A stretch of DNA of 64,000 bases from Gracilinanus agilis (taxonomy: Eukaryota), in the NCBI RefSeq assembly GCF_016433145.1, contig NC_058130.1:800656962-800720961 (forward strand). Direction: 5' to 3'. The notes under the pieces were generated by a model that did no database searches, was not told the DNA's origin, and saw only the letters and a program-made list of their open reading frames with translations. Position numbers and translations under genes: made by a program. Shown here in pieces: positions 1 through 12,300 of the stretch (position 1 is its first letter; every line of letters begins with the position of its first letter).

Positions 1-167
1 CCTTCTCGGTCTCGCCTCCCTTGTAGTCCCGCCTCTTCTCCGCCCGCTCTGCCTCTCCCAGCTGTCGCTCTTGTCTGTCCCCGCCCCCTTCGCGCCCCTC
101 CGTGGGCTGAGTCACGTGCCCTGGCGGCGGCGGCGCCTGCGCAAAGCGCACCCCGGCGGCTGTCAGG

Positions 168-233
168 ATGAGGAGGCGGCGGCGGCCGGCGGCTTGGCCC
201 CACGGTTCCCGCCGCGGCCCAGGCGCCTGCTGA
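168..233 (+). other. Candidate upstream ORF, 21 aa (MRRRRRPAAWPHGSRRGPGAC*)
   Basis: ATG at 168 with A at -3; TGA at 231-233; out of frame with the ATG at 281. Confidence 0.55.
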
Positions 234-280
234 GGCCGCGCCTGCCCCGGCCCCGGCGCCGCTGTCCGCTTGGGCCTCCC

Positions 281-323
281 ATGGCGCAGCCGGACCCTGG
301 AAGAGGAGAGGCCCCTTCCGATG
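281..323 (+). CDS. RABEP1: RABEP1 exon 1 (coding part)
   Basis: MAQPDPGRGEAPSD + 1 nt; donor G|GTGAGG; in CpG island. Confidence 0.9.
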
Positions 324-3300
324 GTGAGGCCGGAGGCGGCGGCGGCGGCGGTGGCGGTGGCGGTGGTGGTGGTGGTGGTAGCCGCCCGTCTGTCCAGGAG
401 GGGCGGAGGGAGGCCCTGGGCCGGGCCGGGCTCGAGCCGGGAGGTGGGGCGGGGCGGGGCCCTGGGCTTCCCTGGGTCCGTGCGGGGCGGGGGCGAGGGA
501 GGGGAGGCCTAGCCGCCCTGCGTTCCCCACCTCCCCCCCTCCGGCCCGTGACCTTGCGGAGGCCAGACCTGCCCGCGCGTTCCCTGGGGTCGCCCCTTCT
601 TTCCCTGTGGCTCCCGCACCCCCGCGGGGCTGCTCCCCGACCCCTCCCCCAAGCCAGTCGATCCCACCTCCTTTGGGAAGCTTTCCCGGATTGCCCTTCC
701 TTTGCTCCAGAAGCCCCTCCACGAACAGTGGGGGTGGGGAGGCCCCAGTACCGGAGGCCGGCCCGGGAATAGCTAGGCTGATTAGCACCCGGGTGGCTGT
801 TGGATTCTGGGAAGCCGTAATGTGCATCCTCGGAGTAACTGGATCCTGGGATGAAGGAGGGGATCCTGGTCACCCGATGCCGGGGCTGGGGGGGGGGGTT
901 GACTGGGGAGCCTGGAGTTGGAGAGCCCTGGGTTCAGGTCCCGCTGCCGCCCGTTAGCCCGTGGCCTGGTTCTCCTTCCTCCCTTAGCGGGCTTGGCGGG
1001 CTGGGCTCCTGGTGGTGTAAATGTCACTTTGTTCCAGCCTTCGGGGCTGGAAACAATGTTATCAGATCTCCGGGCTGGGCTCCCCGGGGAGGCCCGGCTT
1101 GTTTGGGCTTCTCCCTCCCTCCCTCCCTCCCTCCCGGAGGGCTGCTGCTGGGAGCTGCTGTCCTCCCCTGTCCTGGAGGGAGCTCTGAGGAGGTGCAGAA
1201 GAGGCCTGGAGGCCTGATTCTTTGGGAAAAGCCAGCCTTTAGCCACCCTACCAGGCCCATATCTACAGCTCTTGCAGCAGCGGGTAGGAGCCCCGGGGCT
1301 AGCCAGGGGACCGGCAGCTTTGTTTTCAGGGGCCTCCCTGCCCTTTGTCGCCAGAGTTGGCCTGCCCTTTGCCCTTTGGTGGCTGCAGGCTTCTCAGCTG
1401 GCATCTTTGAGTCCTTCTGGGCTCTCCAGGCTTACCGGAGAGAACTGGTGTGAGGCTCTGTCCATGCCCCGTTTTCTGACAACAGTAACTTAATAGGTGT
1501 GTGTGGGGGGGGGGGGGGAGGGGGCGCCTTTTCGTCGCCTTTTTTTATCGTCCTTTTTTATTTCCGTTCTTTTGGGGCTCCGCCACGAAGGTGTTTCCTC
1601 AAAGAAAGGGAGACTTTGGGGTTGTTCATCAATCTTTGGCTTCTTATTGTCTCGGATCTCTGTTTCTCCTGCGTCCCTTTTGGAGGGTTCCCAGACTGAA
1701 GAGTGGTAGGAAGGCTTAGCCCGTGGGGGGTCTGAATGCACGTTTGAGGCCTGGCCCCTGGCAGGGGCTCCTGCTAGGCTTATCACAGCCCCTGTGGGGG
1801 AACCCGGGGTGGACTCGCCTTGTAAAGGCTTTTCACAAACTGTGACCAAGCGCTCTGAGCTCCTTTCTTTGCCTCCCATGAGGCTTGCCGAGCGCCTTTA
1901 GAGTAGAGACTCGCTTGGCGGCAGCTGAAATGCCGGAGAAGAAGGGGGCCATCGAACCAGGTCAGAGGGAGCCCAGCGAAGCTCTACCGAAAAGACGACG
2001 ACGACGAGAGAAATGAGAGACGTGTCTGTGTGCATGCCTACAGATGTGTGCACACGCGTGTGCAGACGTCGAGGCCCTTGGGAACCCCCCCACGCTTTAA
2101 GACTTTAGAAACCCAAGTCGGGTTTACAACATGTTAATAATAATAATAATAATAATGGCAACGGCTTGCATTTATGTAGCACTTGACCATTTGCAAAGTG
2201 CTTCGCAGATAGGATCTCGTGTACCCGGAGAGGCAGGTCCAGGCCTTGGCACTATTTTACAGATAAGGAAACTGAGGCAGTCAGATGCTATTACCCAGCT
2301 TCGAATGGGTTGAACAGTGGCGCAGGTCCAAGTCTGAGGCTTTTCACCCTCCTGGACAGCTCCCCTGCTGCCATTTCTAGGGGGTGGAAGGGAAAGGAAG
2401 GTTGGGGAAACCCACCCCACCTTCACCATGTGCCGGAAGCAGCATTCCGAGGCGGTGGAGGGATCACTTGGGAAAGAGCAAAGCTTTGGCAAAACCCTCC
2501 AGCCTGAGTAGGGGGAGGCATCTGCTGCTGACTGTCTCCTCCATCTTTGGGCCTAACCTTCGCCTACACTGGCAGCCTCCCTCAGGAGGGAAGGAGAAGG
2601 GCAGTGGTGGGCCATAGCAGGCTACACACAAACACAGAGAAAATCTAGATTCGGGGGGGGGGGGGGGGCTGATTATTTCTAGACCATAAAAAGGCATTTC
2701 GATTTGCTGACTAGGCCTGACCTGTCTGTTGTCTGGAAACACACTTACTTTACTTCATCCACCCTCCTAACAGCTGACCTGTGTCTGCCCTTTGTGGGTA
2801 AATAATGCCATTTACCATCCGAGCCTCCACTTCTTTGTGGTTCATTCGTGTTGGGCTCCCTGTGACCCTGTTTGGGATTTTCTTTCTTTTCTTTCTTTTT
2901 TTTTTTTAAACCCTTAACTTCAGTGTATTGGCTCTTCGGTGGAAGAGTGGTCAGGGTGGGCCATGGGGGTCAAGGGACTTGTCCAGGGTCACCCAGCTGG
3001 GAAGTGTCTGAGGCTGGATTGGAACCCAGGACCTCCCGTGTCTAGGCCTGGCTCTCTATCCACTGAGCTACCCAGCTGCCCTCTCTTTTCTTTATCTTTT
3101 AGAAAAAGTGGTTCCATGGTTCCATGGTTCATGTTCTTGCTCTCTCTCCCCCCAACCCCCCTGGTTTCTTCCTGTGTCATCGATCAAGACCTATTCCCAT
3201 ATTATTGATAATTGTTCTAGGGTGGTTGTTTGGGGTCTGCACCAACCGTTTGGGATTTTCTTGGCCGAGGTCTTGGGGTGATTTGCCGTCTCCAGCTCAT

Positions 3301-6300
3301 TTTAAAGATGAGGAAACTGGGGCAGCTGGGTAGCTCAGTGGTTGGAGAGCCAAGCCTAGAGATGGGAGGTCCTGGGTTCAAATCCGGCCTCAGACACTTC
3401 CCAGCTGGGTGACCCTGGGCAAGTCCCTTGACCCCCATGGCCCACCCTCACCACTCTTCCACCTAGGAGCCAATACACAGAAGTTAAGGGTTTAAAAAAA
3501 AAAAAAGAAATAATAATAAAGATGAGGAAACTAAGGCAAAAAGGGGGAAGTGATTCGTCCAGGGCAGCCCAGCTAGGAAGTGTCTGTGGTCAGATTTTCT
3601 TTCTCTTGAAGCTCTTACGATCCATCTTCCAGTCTCATTCCACCCAAGAACCGCTCCCTCCAACCCGACCAGTGGTCTCTCAGTTGGTAAATCCGCCGGC
3701 CTTTTCTCGGCCTCTCTGCCCTTTCCTTGATGCTCTCTGCTCTAGGTTTTCTGGCCCCCTCGTCCTGCTGCTTCTCCTCCTACCTCTGACCGTGCCTCCT
3801 GTAGCTGTGGGTCTGTCCTGGGCCCTCCTCCTTCCCTTCCGGGCTGGCTCGCACTGAATTGCCGTCTCTCTGCTGCTGCTTCCCGGATCTCTCTTTCCTG
3901 CCCCGATTTCTCCCCGAACGCCGGTCTTGCGGCTCTGCCTGCCTTTCCGACATCTTAAACCCGCTGCCCAGGAGGTCTCTGCATTCAAAGCGTCTAAACT
4001 TCCCCCCAGCCTTTCCCCTGCTCCTGCCTTCTCTGTTATCAAGGAGGCCAACCCCAGCTTCTCAGTCCCCCGGCCTCAAAGTCCAGGAGGCAGCCTCGAT
4101 GGCCCCGGTGGGCTCTGCTCTGATGCTGGCCCTCATCTCCTCTTGGCTGGCCTCCTGCGCCGGCTGCTGCTCAGGCTGCCCGTTCCCGGGCCTCCCCACT
4201 CCCCGCCATCCTCCAGCCACTGACGTGACTCCGGTCAGGCCCCTCCAGGCTCAGGGGTGACATGCTGAGCTCCAGTTTGGAGGCCAAAGTCCTCCAGAGC
4301 CCAGCCGCCTCCTGCCAGCCTTCCTCATCCCCTGCCACGTGCTCTTAGACCCAGAGATCCCGGCCCGTCCGCCATGCCTGACCGCTGCCTTCTCCGACGG
4401 GGCTCCGGCTCCTCCCGTTCAGGGCCTTCTCTCTCTCCGTCCCCACTCACTCCGGTAGCTGCCCGTTGGCTGCTCGTCTCTCCCATCAGAGGGTTCGCTC
4501 CCGGAGGCCGAGGGCTGGCTTTTGCCTCGTTTCGTAACGCCAGCGTGGATGAGATTTCAGCTCCCATGAAAAGCTGATGAACAAACCAATGATGTCCAGG
4601 AGAAATAGCAGAGAACTAGCAGAGAAAATGTACTGGAATGAAGATGAATTGGGGGACGAGAGCCAGGCCCAGAGACAGAAGATCCTGGGCTCCAGTCTGG
4701 TCTTAGATACTTCCTAGCCGTGTGACCCTGGGCAAGTCACTTAGCCCCCATTGCCTAGCCTTACCCGCTCTTCTGCCTTGGAACAGTATACAGTATTGAT
4801 TCTAAGGCAAAAGGGGAGGGCTTAAAAAAATGACGACTCGGGAAAAGCTCCTCCTAAAAGAGTTTTAGCAGGAAAGCCGGGGGGGGGGGGGGGAGCAGTT
4901 TCCTCTGGGTTTTGCATATATTCAGCAGACAGGGAGCATTTATTCAGGCCTCTGACGATGATTAATCTGTAGCCTAAGACGGAGGGAAGCTCCAGCCCAT
5001 CGTCTGAGTCGGGGCAGGATCTCCACGGAGGGTCGGGGCTCCTCCGAGAGCTTCCCGAGATCCGCCGGAGGCCCGGCTCACTCTGGTTTGCCCTCTTCAT
5101 CTAGGAAGGAAGAAATGCTGGAGTTCTGCTTCCCATGTGCAGGGAGCCGAATACAGAGCGGGTCCATTTGTGTGTGCACGTGAGGAACTCCGGTTACCCG
5201 GAGGCCATCCCCCCCCCCACACACACACACACACCCCCTGGATTGCCCTTGGGACCCTGCAGAGGGACCCCAAACCTCTTGAAATAAAGGCCTTCCTCTT
5301 AATGGCAGTCTTCTGATGTTTTATGGCTAAGACTCATGGGATATGAAGCCTCCTCGTGAAGACAGCCCGAGGACCCTGGGAATAGCAGGCTCCGTTAGAC
5401 CATTGGCCCCATTTCTAGGCTGGCCCCCAGGAGGGCAGCTGGGTGGTTCAGTGGCTAGAGACGGGAGGTCCTGGCTTCAAATCTGGCCTCAGACGTTTCC
5501 TAGCCGGTGACCCTCGTCACTGAACCCCACTGTTCAACCGCCCCCCTCGTGTCTGATTTTCTTAGAAGTTAAAGCTAGAAGGGACCCAAACCGAGTCGTC
5601 GTAATCCTCTTTGACTAGAAGGCGCTTTCCCTTTGCTCTCTTTGGGGCCGTGTTGCCGGCTCAAAGGGAGGGCAGAGTTTTACAAAGTGGAGGGCATGGC
5701 GTTTCCCAGAACGCTTGGACGATCACAAATGGTTCGTGATTTATTGCTCTGGGTGGCTTTGAGATCCTCTGAAAGCTGCTTGTTCACCTCCCTTCACTAG
5801 TATCGCCTGCACCTTCTCTCCCGGTTCCTGCTTTTCTTCTCATTTTGGCTACATTCGTTTTGCTTTTGCAAAAACTTGTCAATTTTATGTTATCAAAATT
5901 TCGTGTTTTCCCTCCTGGGACCTGTTCTGTCTCTTGCTGCGGTCACGAACTCTGCCTCGTCTCCAGGCCTGACGGGCACGTTTTTGACGCCCACATATCA
6001 GCCTCTGCGTCCGAATCGGGTCCCCGCTTTGACCTTTCTTGGGCTGAGCCTCGCTTCTGCCAAACTGCTTTCCCTTTCCCAGCGGTTTGTGTCAGATGGG
6101 GAATTCGTGCCCCACATCTGGGCTCTTTGGCCTCGCCGAACACCAGGTTACTCCCATCATCTGCGTCTGTACGTTCAATAGAGACCCTCGTCTGTTCCGC
6201 AGACCCGGCACTCGGTTTCTTAGCCTTTACAGCTTCGTGAGAGACTTGCGATCTGGCACGCTGGGCCGCCTTCCTTCACGTTTTCAAAGCATGGATTCTG

Positions 6301-9300
6301 GGGATTGCTTTGCCCTCCGCTTCCTCCAGGTGGCTTGTGTGCGAAGCGCGTTCTGTCACTGTGCTTGCCGGTCCTTCATTTATTTATTTATTTTTTAGGC
6401 CCTGATATCTTTTTTATATATGTCCTTCTATATTAATTTTATTTGTTACAGGGCTAGGCCATGGGGGTCAAGTGACTTGCCCAGGGTCACACGGCTAGGA
6501 AGTGTCCGAGGCCAGATTTGAACCCAGGACCTCCCGTCTCTAGGCCTGGCTCTCCATCCACGGAGCCATCCAGCTGCCCCTCTGTCGTTCCTTTAAATGG
6601 AATTTCTCATCCTGTGTCGTCCCGCTGGGTTTTGCTGGGAATCTAGAGCGGCGGGTGCCGACGGTTTAGCTGAGTTTGTTCTCCGTCCCGCAGCTTCACT
6701 TCTGCGTCAGACTAGCGTCCAGGCGGGAGCCCTCGAAGCACGCCCTCGTCTGTCCCTGGTGGCTCCTGGACTATGGAGTCAGAGCGGTGCCGCCCCCGGT
6801 ACACGCGGTCCTGGATGGGCGGCAGCTCGAGCCGCAGGTTTCTGCCGTTTGGTCCGCTTCTGGCGCATGAAGTCCCGTCGCTGGGACTGAACAGCTCTTT
6901 GGCGCCGGCGCTGCTTCGGGAAATGGGCCCGCTTTGGCTCTGGCTGCCTTTGAGGGTCAAGCTGTAGGTGGCGCAGGAGGGCTTTGGTGGGGCTCCTTTT
7001 CCCGTGCGGGTCTGGGTTTTAGTTTCTACAATACCCAATGGATGGACTTAAGAAAAGAATAAAAACACAATAAAATACACGAAGGGTTCGACGTTCCCGC
7101 CGTGTCGGCTGGGGTTCCCTCGGAAATCCTCCGGGAGCTCCGCGATGGCTGGCTCCATTCCTTTCTCGAAGATGGGGTTATCGAAGCATTTGATTTCCTT
7201 TTCTGGGCAGGGAGAGCACTGGGCTTGGATCGGTTCCAAACTGGCTTCAGACACTTCCTCGCTACGAGACCCTGGGCAGGTCCCTTAACCTTGTCCAATG
7301 GCCCGGAGAAGGAAATGGTAAACACTCCAGTATCTTTGCCAAGAAAGCCCTCAGGGGAGTCGTGAAGAGTCGGGCACAACTGAAATGACTCGATTTCCTC
7401 TTCTGTTATTTAGGGTTTTGTGGCAGTCCCGTGTGTGTGTGACCCAGAAATGCAAACCTTTTCTTAGACATCATTTGTGGCTTTCCTGGGGTCACCAGTC
7501 AGTTTTGGGGACTGGATTTGAACTCGGGCCTTCTTAAGTGCTCTAACCACTGTGGGGCCATCTGGGGGTTGGGGTGGAATGAATGTACCCGGGTGAGGGA
7601 ATGTGCTTTGGAAGTCATTTGAGCCAGGAGGGCCGGCCTGGGCTCTGAAGGGACCCGGCCGTGGAAGAAGAGGCGACCACGAGCTGAGTGTGCGCCGAGA
7701 GGAGGCGGCCCTGAGCAGAGGGAAGTTCCACAGTGGAGCAGCCATTGAAGCAGGCTTTTGGAGTTGGGAGCCGGGAGGGACTGCAGTTTGCTTTCTTTTA
7801 TCCTTTCCCCATTCGATGGGCATCCGTTAGGGAAAATGCTACCCTGCGGGGCAAAAAGCTTCCTTGCAGCGCGACTCTAACCCAAGCCCGAGCCCAAACG
7901 AAGCCCCGAGAAAGGGAAAAGTGCGGCTCGTCTCGATCTTCGCTGTGGCTGCTCGGCTGCTCCCGGAAGGAGTGACGCGTGTGGATCTGCTTCCTGCTCG
8001 GGTCAGACCTTCTCCTGGGCGCCGCCGACGTTCTGGCTCTGAGGGCTGCGGCCCTCTGCGGGGTCCATGCTGCTGTTTTTAACAGGCTCCCACAGACGGG
8101 GCTGCTCTGGGAAGGTTTCCTCAGTGTCTGGGTCGGGAAGTCGACGGCCTCCCTCTCAGGGACCCAGGAGCACAGGCCATCCCACAGCCATCCTGAGCCC
8201 TTGAGCCGTGGCGTTTCCTTGTTGGTTCCTTAGGGCGCTCCCACCTCTCACCCCGCTTCTCCTGGCAGTCTCTGGCCCTGGGGGCGGCCGCTCGACCCTC
8301 CTCGGCCCCTGGGCCCGTCCCCTGCGCCGTTCTTCCTGCCCCCTTCAGCCACTACCTCAAGTTCCTAAAGGGCCCAGGAGCAAATAGGAAGCCTCTGGCA
8401 CGCTGCCTCCTGGGCTTCCTTCTGAAATCCCACCTCCTACAGGAAGCCTTCCAGGGACCCACACACGCACGCCATGTTGTCTCCCCCATTAGGCTGGAGG
8501 CACATCGAGGGCAGGGACGATGTTTGCCTCTTTCGGACTATTCGCGGTTGGTTGCTTTGAGCTGCCGGAGAAGCAGAGAACTTATCACGAGGCTCTTGTG
8601 CCCGTCCCCTGTGGTGCCCGATGGGAGGGCGGTGGAGCCCTGGATGCCGGGCATCGTTGGCAGGGAGCGTCTCCCCTTTGCTGACCCGAAAGGCCTTTGG
8701 GGGCTTGACGGGACCTTGGAAGTCTTTGTCTTGGTCGTCGGTGCTGAGGACGACCCTCACTTCTCGCGTTTGCCCGCGGCTCAGCCTTTCTTCTCGGTTG
8801 CCGCCCTTTTCTCCTCGGAGCTCCTTTTCTCGCCTTCTTCCCACTTTGCCGAAGGGTGCCAGGAGGGCAGGCTTCTTCCTGGAGGAGTTTCTGGCAGTTT
8901 GGGGATGACTCTCCCCTCTCCTGACCTAATGCCTCTGCCATCCCGAATCTCCCTCCTCCGGCTGCCTTGCGGACACCTCAGCCTGCATGGCCAGGGGCGG
9001 AGAGTGGCCATGATGTCCAAAACGGAGTTCATTTCCCCCCAGAGTCCTTCCTTCCCTGATACCGCAGAGGGCAGCACCCTCATCCCCGGCTCCCAGGATC
9101 CCCTCCCGGCCCCTCCCCTGCAGATCCAAGCCCGTTCATGCAGGCTTCCTTTTCTCCTCTGATTCGGCTCCTTCCCCCATCGGGATCCTCAGCACCCGGG
9201 AGTCGGTCTGCCTGTCCTGAGTCTCTCCGGACGTTCAGCTGTCACTCCCCTGCTCCTTTATCCTCAGTGGCTCCCTTTTACCTCCAGGAATGAATACAAA

Positions 9301-12300
9301 ATCTTGTTTGGCATTCGGCGCCTTCTCATCCCCTACTCTTAGGGCGTGCAGGTGTTCAGAGAGGACTAGCAGCTCTGGCGGGGGGCTTGCCGTGCCCTTT
9401 TCAGGGCTGCTCGTCGGCCTTTGGCTCTCACCCGAGGCTCCAAGAAGCTGTGGCATGCCCAGGGGCCACGAATGACCGGCCTGCTAAGCCATCTCCAGTC
9501 AAAGCCAGCAGCCAGTTCAAGCATTTGAAGAGTCCCCCGAGAGGATGGCTGGACGAGCCCGGCCTGTTCCAGGCTCTGCGGGGCTCTTGAGCACTGGGCC
9601 AGACACGGAAGCCGCCCAGAGGTCTGCCGGGCCCTCCCCGGCCATCCTGACTTTTCTCCCTGGACTCGGATGGCTGTGGAAGAGGACGTGAGGCTGATAG
9701 GATCCCTTCTGGGTTGTCGCCCTCTCCTGTGGGCCTCCTGTGCAGTCGGCTCCCCCCCACCCCCCGCTGTGGTTCTGGGGAGGCCGAGGCTCAGAGAGCT
9801 CAGGACGAGGACGCGCAGCCGGTATTCCGAGTTCCACCCACAGGCCTTGGTGCCGCCTCACGCCCCTTCCTGTGGCAGGGCCGGTTTCCTTGCTTTCCGC
9901 TGCCCGGCCGCTCCATCAGTTGTCAGTATGGACCGGAGCAGAGCCTCGAACACGTGGAGAAGCAGGAGCCCGGAGCGCCACTTCAGGCCCTACGGATGGC
10001 TGCCGGCACCGGTGGGCCTCTTCCCTGCGCTTTTGTGGTGGTTTGCTGGGTGTCCAGCCGTGACTCAGACCCTTCGTGGGGAGCCATGCGGACCCCGAGC
10101 TGCCGCCTGAAGTCCGCAGGAAGGCGCACCTTGCGCTTCGTCGTCCCTCTGTCGCCCCTTGAGCGCGGGTCGTCCGGGGCTTTCCTAGCCGGGCCGACGG
10201 CCCAAGTGAGGAGGACACGGGCTTGCTCCCTGCCGGTGCCGGCCAGCCTTTTTTTTTTTTTTTTTTTTTTTTAAACCCTTGTACTTCGGTGTATTGTCTC
10301 ATAGGTGGAAGATTGGCAAGGGTGGGCAATGGGGGTCAGGTGACTTGCCCAGGGTCACACAGCTGGGAAATGGCCGAGGCCGGATTTGAACCTAGGACCT
10401 CCCGTCTCTAGGCCTGGCTCTCACTCCACTGAGCTACCCAGCTGCCCCTGGCCAGCCTTTCTTTTGCCCCTTGTCAGATAGATCCCCCCAAATGCAGGTT
10501 GTTTCCGGCCAGCTGCGGCTTGGCCTTTGCCCAGGTTGTGGGGGACGGCAGGAGCCCTTTGGCTGCTCCTTCGCCTCTTGAGCCAGCCTCGGCCCTCCTG
10601 ACACTGTTGCAGGGTCCAGCTCGGGGGCTGGCTGGGTCCGGGGGCCTGTGTGCGAGTACTCGCTGCTCTCGTCATTCTTCCTCCGTTTCTTCAGCATCTC
10701 TTCCGTGGGCATCCCCTGTTGCTCCTGACAGGATTCTGCCTGTGCTTTTCCTCGGATGCCCCTGAAACCTGCTCTTCCGAACCCGGGCCCGTGGGAGTTC
10801 CGTCTCCTCCCTGGGCTCCCTGCTGGTTGGGGAGGGCTCCTTTGCCTCATCAGATGACCCTCTGTGGGATTTTCCTGGCGGAGGGCCTGGACAGACAAGG
10901 AAACTGCAAACAGGGTGAAGGGACACACCTGGGGTCCCACAGCCAGGAAGTGGCTGAGGCTGGATTCAAACTCAGGAGCACGCGGCTCCCCGACCCCAGG
11001 CCCCGCCGGCACGACAAGTGCCACCATCAACGTCCAGTTTGTAAAAACCCAGAGGAGGGCGCCGTCAAGCATGTTCTCTCCTCTAACGAGAACAGATATG
11101 GGGCAGCTGGGTGGCTCGCTGCGTGGAGAGCTAGGCCCGGCCATGGCAGTCCTGGGTTCAAATCTGGCCTCTGGCAAGGTGCTTCACTGACCCCATTGCC
11201 TAGCCCTAACCCCTCTTCTGGATGGGTTCAGAAAAGGAAAGAAAAGCAAGTGGATAAAAAGTCCAGAGCAGATGGAGCCGCAGAGAGCCCGAGGAGCCCG
11301 CGCACTGGGGCGCCCACTGGATGGAGGCTCTCTGCTAGCCCCATAGCTCGTGAGTCTCGGAAAGGAGATTTGAAACCGGGTCGGCCTTTCCAGGGGAAAC
11401 TGGGGGAAGGGAAGGGGGGGTTACCCGAGGACCCCCGCCGTGACTGAAGAGAACCATGGGCCAAATCGCACTCGGCTTCTGCCCGCGGGGTCTTGTGCTT
11501 GCTTCTCCATTTAATTCAGTGCAGTCCACACTGGGCAGGTGCCAGGCACCGGGCTACGAGGGAGAAAGAGGCCCCGGCCTCAGAGAGCCGACAAGCTCAT
11601 GGGGCGCAGGGGCGAACCCCGGCGTCCCCAGATGACGTTCTGTGGCGCCCACAGCAAGCAGAAGGGAAGCACGCTGCCTAGCAGAACGCCGCCTCGCTGA
11701 GGCTGGGCCATCTCGGGGTTTGTCCCTGGCCGGGCAGTGCCTTGTAGGTGCTTAGTTTGTTTTGGGGAGCCGCAGTCTCCAAAGCCCTCTCGGCCTGAGA
11801 TAGTGATGGTGGTGCCCACTTTCCGGGACCCTGCGGAGTGGCGGCATGAGGCTGGTGTGAGGAGAGGGAGGGCACCGGACTAGATGGTTCCCAAGGCCCC
11901 CTTCCCCCGGCTGCACAGGTCCAGAACCCTCCAGTTTCCATCGATCATGATGCAGCCTGTCGGGAGGCCAGTCAGGGACACCCACGGGCTGGGACTGAAG
12001 GATGACCCGGGAGCGAGTCGGAGCGTGGAGGTGGGGGTGGCCTGGGACGTGGACTGGCTCCCCCCAGAGGACCATCTTGTCTTAGAGCCCCGCCACTGTC
12101 CCCACCCGAGGGAGGGATGTTAGAAGGAGCCACTTTACGTAGTCGAAGAAAGGACTACGCTGGGCCTCTCGGCACCAGTTAGCCAGGCCCGACGTGATGC
12201 TCTTCTAGGTTTAAGGCCCGGCTGGCGTGGAGAGAGAGAGGGCCAGACTGGCACAGGCCCCTCCGACCTCTGACGTTCTTCCCCACAGGGAAGCATTTCT

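Larger units (their letters stand above)
1..800 (+). promoter_or_regulatory. RABEP1 CpG-island promoter / 5' leader
   Basis: Dense CpG around exon 1; TGAGTCA (108-114) overlapping GTCACGTG E-box (111-118); NRF1-like GCGCCTGCGCA (133-143); GC boxes. Confidence 0.85.

Noticed and set aside
71-280. In-frame N-terminal extension of RABEP1 from TTG 71
   Set aside because: GC-rich leaders lack stops by chance; no homology or strong near-cognate start supports it.
2049-2064. Perfect 16-bp palindrome TGCACACGCGTGTGCA (alternating purine/pyrimidine)
   Set aside because: Readily arises from CA/TG low-complexity sequence; no other support.
3319-3400. tRNA-like A/B boxes
   Set aside because: These are SINE heads continuing into CORE sequence, not tRNA genes.
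12138-12159. 7-bp hairpin CGTAGTC/GACTACG as a possible ncRNA
   Set aside because: Short stems are expected by chance in 64 kb; no snoRNA or miRNA context.
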